Shown here: positions 57,085 to 64,000 of the stretch, piece by piece
How positions within the stretch are numbered: position 1 is the stretch's first letter
How the letters are laid out: each line of letters begins with the position of its first letter
DNA from: Ostreococcus lucimarinus
Taxonomy: Eukaryota
Reading direction: 5' to 3' (one strand)
Length of the DNA: 64,000 bases
NCBI GenBank assembly: GCA_000092065.1
Contig: CP000583.1
Made by a program: the position numbers and the translations under genes
The notes under the pieces: generated by a model
Seen by the model: the letters and a program-made list of their open reading frames with translations, nothing else
Told to the model about the DNA's origin: nothing
Databases searched by the model: none

Positions 57085-57150
57085 GCGCGTCGACCGATCG
57101 ATCGACCGATCGATCGATCGATCGACCGATCGATCGACCGACCGCGTCGA
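57085..57150. repeat. GATC-containing tandem repeat (CGATCGATCGAC-type units) in the 5' region of the FKBP gene
   Basis: gtcgaccgatcgatcgaccgatcgatcgatcgatcgaccgatcgatcgaccgacc, seen directly. Confidence 0.7.
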
Positions 57151-57657
57151 GCGTCGGCCGAATCCGATCGCGACGCGACGATTCGATTCGTCACACTGGT
57201 CGAGACGCGCGTCGAGACGCGCGCGCGCGCTCGACGCGCGCGCGGCACACGACGACGACGACGCGCGCGGCGCGCGACGAGTGATTTTTAGAGAAAGCTC
57301 GCGCGCGCGACGCGACGCGACGCGACGAGGGCGCGGCGGGGATGACGGCGAAGAAACGCGCGGAGGAACGCGCGAGGCGAGGGGAGACGAAGCGCTGCGG
57401 CAACGCGCCGTGCGGGAGCGAGGTGGGACGATCGATCGGCGCGATCGCGGACGACGGGACTGACGATGATTGGTAATCGTGCGCGCAGGAGACGCCGATG
57501 TGGCGTAAGGGGTGGATCGATGATGATGGGGTTGAGGTGGACTTGTGTAACGCGTGCGGTGCGCGGCGCGCGCGCGACGAGACGAAGACGACGCGAAAGC
57601 GCGCGGACGACGATGCGCGTGACACGCGACTGACGCGCGCGCGCTTGAATCGTAGGT

Positions 57658-59313
57658 TTGATTTTCAAGCGAGGGTGGTGGTGCGCGTGGTGTGCGTTGC
57701 CGTATCGCAAAGTGGGTGAAAACGATGAGGCGTTGCGTTCGCGGTGGGTTCCTTGCGAGTATTGTCATCGGTTTACACATTACGACTGCGAGAAACGCGA
57801 AGCGCCGGAGGCTTTGGAGGCTGAGCGATACGCGTGTCCGACGTGCAGAAATTTGAAAAAACTTCCGAAGCCTGCGAAAGAGATTGACCCCCCGAAGAGC
57901 TCGGAGGCGCAAATGATCGATGGACTTTTGGTGGTGATTCGTCCGTACGATCGAGCGCCGAAGAAATTCGACGAGGTCGGGGAAGTAAAGATCGTCAAGA
58001 AGACCGCGCATCGCCCGAGCGTGTCCACGAAACGTCCACGAAGTGCAGATGGGAAATCAAGCCGCACCGCACGAGTGCTCAAGTCGTCGTCTTCGGAGAA
58101 AGAGAAGAAGAAGCTTCCGTTATCGTCGAATGCGCCGCGGCGCGCAGTGTCAAAATCGATTCGCGGAGGCAAGCCGACGGGGCTCGCATCACTGGCCAAG
58201 GTGGCGACTCGAGTGTTACCAGAGCGTATGGTTCGATCTGAAGCTTACAAACGCGCGCAAGCAGCAGAGGAAGCGAAAGAGGAGGAGCTCGCATTGAGTA
58301 CTCGTCGAAGCGGACGCGCGCCAAAGGAGTTGGCGAAGGCCGCCGGGCAAGATTTCTTGCACGAACCTCGACATCAATCTCGTCCAAGTCAACCAGTTTT
58401 TCGAAGCGGTGTCCGTCAGCAGTCAACTGTCAATGAATCGTTGTACGCCGAACCTTTTTACGGTCAACACGGTGGTCTTGGTTTCGCCGCATCCATGGAA
58501 GCGCGATTGGTACACAACGAATTGTCACCGCAAGGCGTCCTGTATCCCGAAGAAACGGGTGGTATGGTTGGTCCGCTACGTACGTTGGGTATGGGTACTA
58601 AGACTCCGGATCAAACCTTCGTTCGACGACCCCCGCTCGCTCCAAAGCAGCAACGCGGGTCTCCAAAAGTTCCAGACCAATTGACGTCTTCGACGGTGAA
58701 GAAGTCAATTCGTCGGGAAAGCGGAGGGCGCGCGGAAGAACACGAGCTCATGACGGTTGCATCACAATTGATCGAGGCACAGTGTGAAGCATACGATCAA
58801 TACACGGTCACAATCAATGTTTGTAGACTGCTGAACAAGCTCGACGTGATGCGCGGATACACGACGCGCGATATGATCGTCAAGTTCAATTTGCATCGCA
58901 TCGTTGGAGATCTCTTGATGAATGATGACATTCGCATCCGTCTTGCGGCTGACAAGTTGCTGAAAATTCCATCATGGCGCGAGGCTATCTGCGGAAACGC
59001 GACGCCTCAGCGTTCGATGCAATTGCCCGTGATGCCGACGCACCAGCCTTTCGCATCGTTACAAGCCGCTCCTTCGATGGAGGCGGCTGCACCGCCGACG
59101 CATATCGTGAGCAAGCCCGTACCACGACGTCCTCGAGCGCCACGCGAAGCGAAAGCAATGGCCTTAATGGCGTCGCAGTCTTCACCCACCGAGACGATCA
59201 CTCCACCTCAGACTCAGTATCCGTACTTTGAGACGGCGAGCCAGGATGTCGCTGACATCGACAACGCGCTCTTGCTCTCTGGTGGTCAAGATGCGAGTCA
59301 ACGAATGATTTAG
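57658..59313 (+). CDS. PHD-finger (C4HC3) protein; 5' end unresolved (track ORF starts on TTG; possible upstream GATA-like zinc-finger exon(s) at about 57342-57650)
   Basis: PHD: WWCAWCALPYRKVGENDEALRSRWVPCEYCHRFTHYDCEKREAPEALEAERYACPTCRN (C-x2-C-x17-C-x2-C-x4-H-x2-C-x16-C-x2-C). The rest is low-complexity, Ser/Pro/Lys-rich. No ATG near the 5' end. Upstream in another frame, ATG 57342 ...KRCGNAPCGSE (donor GTGGGA), then ETPMWRKGWIDDDGVEVDLCNACG, resembles a GATA-type finger (TPLWRxG...LCNACG). Confidence 0.55.
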   Translation: MIFKRGWWCAWCALPYRKVGENDEALRSRWVPCEYCHRFTHYDCEKREAPEALEAERYACPTCRNLKKLPKPAKEIDPPKSSEAQMIDGLLVVIRPYDRAPKKFDEVGEVKIVKKTAHRPSVSTKRPRSADGKSSRTARVLKSSSSEKEKKKLPLSSNAPRRAVSKSIRGGKPTGLASLAKVATRVLPERMVRSEAYKRAQAAEEAKEEELALSTRRSGRAPKELAKAAGQDFLHEPRHQSRPSQPVFRSGVRQQSTVNESLYAEPFYGQHGGLGFAASMEARLVHNELSPQGVLYPEETGGMVGPLRTLGMGTKTPDQTFVRRPPLAPKQQRGSPKVPDQLTSSTVKKSIRRESGGRAEEHELMTVASQLIEAQCEAYDQYTVTINVCRLLNKLDVMRGYTTRDMIVKFNLHRIVGDLLMNDDIRIRLAADKLLKIPSWREAICGNATPQRSMQLPVMPTHQPFASLQAAPSMEAAAPPTHIVSKPVPRRPRAPREAKAMALMASQSSPTETITPPQTQYPYFETASQDVADIDNALLLSGGQDASQRMI

Positions 59314-59346
59314 AAGAAATGTGCGCGTGAATTTTACTACACTCTA

Positions 59347-60870
59347 CTAAAGTTCGTCTCGAACGCTCGGATTCGCACTCGTGCCTTCTTCGCCCAAAAG
59401 GTCTTCATCTTCTTTGTCAGCATCTTCGTTGGCGTCTTCCATAACGTTGTCTTCGGGAATTGGTGGTGTTGGTTTCGGAGGCTGCGGCGGTTTCTTTTGT
59501 TTGGCATCGAACGTCCAACCCGCGGGTTTTGATTTCGGCAAACGCGCCGATCCTCGCGGTGCCTTTGGAGATGACGAGTCACACTGCGCGACTTCGCGCT
59601 CAAGCATCGCGTTGCGTTGTCTCAACGCGAGGTTTTCCTTTTGAAGCGTTTCGAGCTCCTCTAATGAGCCAGCGGCTTCGGTGTATTCGTTCGCCATATC
59701 ACGATGAGCCGCGGTGAGTCCCGCGAGACCGCACAACCATTGCTCAGGGACGAGAGTTTTGTCACCCTTACCGTGACCGTCGAGCAAATCGAGCAAATCG
59801 GCTTTGATGAATTCCCACGCGCTTGGCGGCGGCATCAACTCGTAAGCTTGCTCTTCTTGACCTTCCACCGCTTGCGCATACTCGGGATGAATTGAGTTCG
59901 CAGCGAGCTCCCAAACGGCGTTTGCGCATACGACATCGATCGTCGATTCCATCATCGCTGCGTATCCGAGTTCGCGCTCGGCCTCAATCAAAGTCTCGGC
60001 GATTTCGTAATAGTTAAGCGTTTCGTTTTGTCGACGAATCAATCTCACCTCTACTCGTTTCGCATGATCATCGTCTTCTATGCTTTCCATCTTCGGCACG
60101 AATAACAACCCGGCGACCCCTGCTTCGTGAAATGGCAATCCCATGATGTACCTCGATCCGACGAGCGACGACGCCCTGGCGTACGCCACCTTCCCGTCGA
60201 ACGATTTTGCCAACACTTTCAACCACGGCACCTCCTCCAATAAAATCGCCCGCACTACCGTCTCATTACGTTCGACAAACTCTAACACTTCGTGTCTCGA
60301 GCGCACCTCCTCCACCTCCTCGAATCGATTCTCTGGAACGTACTTCACCAGCCAATTCGCCAACGCGGCGCCGTCGGTCGCGTCCCCTTCGAACATGTGC
60401 ATCTCGTTACTTATCGCCAGCGCGATGAACCCGCACCCCGCCTTCCTCGCTCTCGCGCGCATCCCGTGTCGATCCGTTGGTTTCGAGAGCGCCTTCACCT
60501 CCGCGATTCTCGACACATCCGTCCCTTCGTGCGTCGCCTCCGCCACGACGACGTCTCGCAGTCGTCCCGCGCCGTCGATCGCCCGCGCGAACCGTCGCCA
60601 CGACGCTTTCACGCTCGAGCCCTCGCAATACGACGACGTGTCTTCGGGAAACACACCGAGGACGTAATCTGCGCTGGCGCTCATGAGCTTCATCTCGATC
60701 TCGACGAATCGCACGCGCGCGACGGTTTTCGGCAGCGCCAGCGCGGTGTCGTTCGCGTCGCCTCCTATGGCGAACGCGTGCGCTCGAGGCGCGTCCGCGC
60801 GCGACGAGCGAACCATCAGCGCGCATGCGACCGCCAGCGCGCACGCGCGCGCGAGGCGACGACGTCTCAT
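59347..60870 (-). CDS. ER-resident protein: signal peptide plus C-terminal RDEL retrieval motif; function unknown
   Basis: ATG 60870 ([32 protein letters not shown]...) gives a signal peptide. The ORF ends ...GEEGTSANPSVRDEL*. Internal coiled coil LEELETLQKENLALRQRNAMLEREVAQ. No CxxC. The upstream part of track ORF 59347..61014 is GC-poor but lacks a signal peptide. Confidence 0.5.
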   Translation of the reverse strand: MRRRRLARACALAVACALMVRSSRADAPRAHAFAIGGDANDTALALPKTVARVRFVEIEMKLMSASADYVLGVFPEDTSSYCEGSSVKASWRRFARAIDGAGRLRDVVVAEATHEGTDVSRIAEVKALSKPTDRHGMRARARKAGCGFIALAISNEMHMFEGDATDGAALANWLVKYVPENRFEEVEEVRSRHEVLEFVERNETVVRAILLEEVPWLKVLAKSFDGKVAYARASSLVGSRYIMGLPFHEAGVAGLLFVPKMESIEDDDHAKRVEVRLIRRQNETLNYYEIAETLIEAERELGYAAMMESTIDVVCANAVWELAANSIHPEYAQAVEGQEEQAYELMPPPSAWEFIKADLLDLLDGHGKGDKTLVPEQWLCGLAGLTAAHRDMANEYTEAAGSLEELETLQKENLALRQRNAMLEREVAQCDSSSPKAPRGSARLPKSKPAGWTFDAKQKKPPQPPKPTPPIPEDNVMEDANEDADKEDEDLLGEEGTSANPSVRDEL

Positions 60871-61090
60871 CGCTCGAGGCGCGGAATGCAGGTCGAACGC
60901 CAACCGGATTACCGTCGACGCCGGCGGATTACGGTTGGCGACGCGTCGTCGAAGTCGCGATGCGTTCGCTAGATATTGTATCCTCGTATTACATTCATGC
61001 GTGCATTCATTCACTCATTCATTCACTCACTCATCGCGCCGTTTCATCAATCATCCGTCGCGTCGCGTCGCCGCGCGACGGTCGCCGCCC

Positions 61091-61591
61091 TCACGCGCGC
61101 TTCTCCTTCGCCTTCGACGCCTCTCTCAACTCGCTCAGCTCGCTTCGCATCCCCAACCAAAACATCAGCGCTCCCACGAGGGCGATGTTCTTAAAAAACA
61201 TAATCATTTCGATTCCCGCCGTCGCCTCGTCGCCCAGCACCGCGGCTTCGCTCGCGCTTCGCCAAAACGGATGCATCGCGAGCGACACGCTCAGCGTGAA
61301 CAGAATCAACATCTTCGCCCCGAGCGCGTACCCGCACGCGAAGAGCGCGGATCCCGCGAGCTCCACGACCGTCGCCGCTCTCACCAGCGCGTGATCGCTC
61401 GGAAGCAGCGCGCAGAGATCGACGCCGACGTTGGCGTTGATTGAAGATTTGAGCGACCGCAGCGCCGGCGTGACGGATTGGAAGAGCGCGGCGTCGGCGC
61501 CGTGCGCGCGAAGGGCGCGCCATTTCTCCAGGGCGCTGGCGAGGAAGATGAAAGAGAAGAGCGCGCGGCCGATGGCGGTGGTCGCGGCCAT
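61091..61591 (-). CDS. DoxX-family-like small membrane protein (paralog-like to 39018..39587)
   Basis: Track ORF 61091..61681 starts on TTG. ATG at 61591 (MAATTAIGRALFSFIFLASALEKWRALRAHG...VVELAGSALFACGYALGAKMLILFTLSVSLAMHPFW...IALVGALMFWLG). 4 TM. Confidence 0.4.
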   Translation of the reverse strand: MAATTAIGRALFSFIFLASALEKWRALRAHGADAALFQSVTPALRSLKSSINANVGVDLCALLPSDHALVRAATVVELAGSALFACGYALGAKMLILFTLSVSLAMHPFWRSASEAAVLGDEATAGIEMIMFFKNIALVGALMFWLGMRSELSELREASKAKEKRA

Positions 61592-61768
61592 GGTCGCGTC
61601 GAGGAGTGACGCGGCGGTCGAAGCGAGCGCGCGAGCGCGTGATTCGACCGATTGGCGCGTTTGAAGCGTTGGATTGGACAAACAACAGCCGCGTGTGTTG
61701 GGTTATTAAAATCGTCTCGAGCGTGTCTTCGCTTGGTGCGACGCGATTTCGACGCCATGAATGTGCGC

Positions 61769-63757
61769 TCACGAAGAGCGGCGGACGCGGCGCTTGGACG
61801 GGGTCTTCTTCTCGTCTTCGGCCGGCGGCTCGTTTTCGTCGCCCTCGTTTTCGTCGTCGTCGTCCTCCTTGACGTCGTCGTCCTTCTTCTTCTTCGCGTC
61901 CTTGGCTTGTTGCGCCTTCTTCGACTTTTGCTCGTCGGTCGGGCGCATGAACTTGACGGCGATGAAGAGAATGATCAACGCGATGGGGAGAGTGACGAAA
62001 GTGAGGTAGTAGTGGAGGGCGTTGGTGGCAAAGTGCGACATGGCATCTTGCGCGAAGACGCCGACGGGGCCCGGGATTTTGTCGGCGATGGACTCGAAGA
62101 AACGGAGACCGATCGGAGCCGAGGGCTCGCGAGCGGCTTCGGCGTCAGCCTTGGCCTTCGCTTCTTGTTCACGAGCTTCGACGGCAGAGTTCACCGCTTC
62201 AGCCTTGGCCTCAAACGCATCCTTACCGAAAGCCTTGACGGCGGCGATGTCTTCGTCGGCGACAATGTTGTCGAGCACTAAGCCCTTGGACATGGTCCAG
62301 ACTTCGACACCAACGGCACCAATCTTACCGATGTTCGCCAATGGAGTCTTGTCTTCGTAGAACTTCGGGTTCGCGATTTGCTTCGGCTTCCATTCGCCCT
62401 TGTACTTCGGGTTGTCGATCATCGGCGCGTACCACTTGCCCTTGTACTCCGGGTTGGGCTTTTCCGGACGAGTCCACTCGCCGCAACCAGAAACTTCGGC
62501 GCACGCCGGGTTGGGCACCATCGGAGCTTCCCAGTCACCGTCTTCTTCGACGTCCCAGTCTTCGGGGATGACGGCTTCCTCGTCTTCGACTTGGGCCGGT
62601 TCGTCGTCGAGCCAGTCATCCGGCTTGACGGCGTCCATGTCCGGAATCATCGCCGGAGCGTCTTCGTCCCAGTCCGCCGGCTTCTTCGCCTTGGGATCCG
62701 GAATCTTGTCTTCATCGACCCAATCTTCGGGCTTCTTGTCATCGGGATCGTCAATCTCCTTGGGCGGGTTGAACGGCGGCTCAAAGTCCTCGAACAGAGA
62801 GCCCGTGCGTTCCTCCTTGCCGTCGATGGAGACGGTGTACGTGTTATCCTCGTTGACCTCCAAAGAGTAGAGATGCACCTTCTCGTCGACCGGCATGCGC
62901 GGCGGGTTCTTCAAGTGCTTCTCTTCGACTTCGCCGTCGAGCGGGGACTTGTGCTTGAAGATGACGTGCACCTTGTTCGTACCGCCGCACTTATCCGGAC
63001 CAAACATCACCGTGTACGGCGTGTCTCCGTCGAACGAATCCGCGTCGTACTCGTCGGCGTTCAAGTACTTCAAGTACGCACCACCGCATTCCAACCCTTC
63101 TTCTTGGCGCGCTTCGAACTGAAGCGCGAAACCGTTGGACGGATCGAGCGGGGAAGACAACGCCTTGGACACGCCGTAGTGCTGCGCCTCCTTCGGAAGG
63201 TACAACCCGTAGTCATCCGTATCCTTCGCCTTCTTCGCGATCGCCTTACCTACATCGCGCGAAACCATCGATCGTTCGAGTCAGTCACGCATCGCGACGC
63301 GCGTTTCGTCCCATCCACCGCCGTCGTCCCCCCGTCGTCGATTCCCGTCCCGTCGCCGTCGCTCGCGCTCGCGCGATCTCGGATCTCCGTCTCGCCTCGC
63401 GCGTCCCCCTCCCGCCCCTCCGCGCGCGCCTCGACGCCCGCTCGACCCTCTCCCGCGCCTCCGCGCGTCTTCCCGCGCCCGCGCGTCCGTCCTCGCGCGC
63501 GCGTCCCGATCGTTCGCGCGTCATCCCTCGCGCCTCCGCCATCGAATCTCGTCGAAGCCGCCGTCCATCGCGATGGGCGTCTTCTTGCGCGATCGTCGCG
63601 TCGCGCGTCGCGCACCCGTGTACTTGGCCTCGCTCGAGCGCGTCCATCCCGCGAGCGCGCCGTCGTCGAACGTCTCCGCGAGCTTGAGCGCGCTCGCGGG
63701 CGCGCAGAGCGCGCCGAGGGCGACCGCGCACGCGACGCGCGTCGCGCGCGTCGGCAT
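61769..63757 (-). CDS. CNX: calnexin (ER lectin chaperone; signal peptide, lectin domain, P-domain repeats, TM, acidic/Lys tail); two exons: 63616..63757 and 61769..63249
   Basis: Exon 2 (track ORF 61769..63268) has [12 protein letters not shown], the P-domain repeats [14 protein letters not shown] / [10 protein letters not shown] and [25 protein letters not shown], a TM ([17 protein letters not shown]) and a KKKD-rich tail. Exon 1 is ATG 63757 ([47 protein letters not shown] plus g). Donor GTGCGC at 63615; acceptor TAG at 63250-63252. The spliced junction [20 protein letters not shown] parallels human AKYDGKWEV...GDKGLVL. Alternative start ATG 63799. Confidence 0.85.
63250..63615 (-). other. 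intron (366 nt, GTGCGC...TAG, phase 1) of the calnexin gene
   Basis: It coincides exactly with junk track ORF 63250..63615 (-). That ORF starts on the donor GTG and ends on the acceptor TAG. Confidence 0.75.
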
Positions 63758-63876
63758 CGCGTCGTCGAGTGGCGACGCGACGCGGCGATCGCGCGCCAAT
63801 CGGATCGCGCGGCGCGTGCGATCGCGCGCGCGTGGGCATACAGTGAGGCGATCGGACGCGCGGAGACAGAGAGATC

Positions 63877-63953
63877 TCGGGGAGGGTGTTTCGCCCGGGG
63901 CGCGCGTCTCGCCCGGGGAGGGTTTTTCGCCCGGGGAGGGTTTTTCGCGTCGT
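63877..63953. repeat. tandem about 20-mer repeat (cgcccggggagggtttttcg x2 plus degenerate copies)
   Basis: Seen directly at the window end, upstream of the calnexin start. Confidence 0.7.
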
Positions 63954-64000
63954 CGTCGGACGAGGGTGGTTTCGCGCGTCGCGACGGCGCGACGGCGACG

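Overview
This 64 kb window is a gene-dense stretch of a eukaryotic nuclear chromosome, about 35 protein-coding genes on both strands, roughly one per 1.8 kb. It is not prokaryotic or viral.

The composition is unusual. Coding sequence is only moderately GC (around 50%). 5' intergenic spacers and introns are extremely GC- and CpG-rich (ACGCG/CGCGCG low complexity), and long stop-free ORFs run through them on both strands. Those ORFs are artefacts. Short AT-rich islands appear only where two genes converge 3'-to-3'.

The genes have short (about 110-370 nt) GC-rich GT-AG introns. Donors are recurrently GTGCGT or GTGAGA, and acceptors are (C/T)AG. I could place several introns exactly by aligning conserved protein motifs across the exon junctions: VAP, Rpt4/PSMC6, RPL39 (three exons, the first being the ATG alone), a Mip-like FKBP, calnexin, and probably the CDPK.

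Recognisable products are listed in the features. The plant-type set (beta-amylase, CDPK, BIG, a DUF3067-like protein, mTERF-like, transit-peptide-like N-termini) suggests an alga or plastid-bearing protist. I cannot name the organism.

The most unusual locus is an apparently continuous 7 kb ORF. It fuses an NCS1-type permease-like 12-TM domain to about 1,600 residues of E/R/K-rich charged coiled coil (single alpha helix-like), an (AKAKADAEA)n repeat block and a C-terminal helical domain. The same nonapeptide repeat recurs, with different codons, in a separate tail-anchored protein 17 kb away.

Coordinates derived by hand may be off by one base in places.
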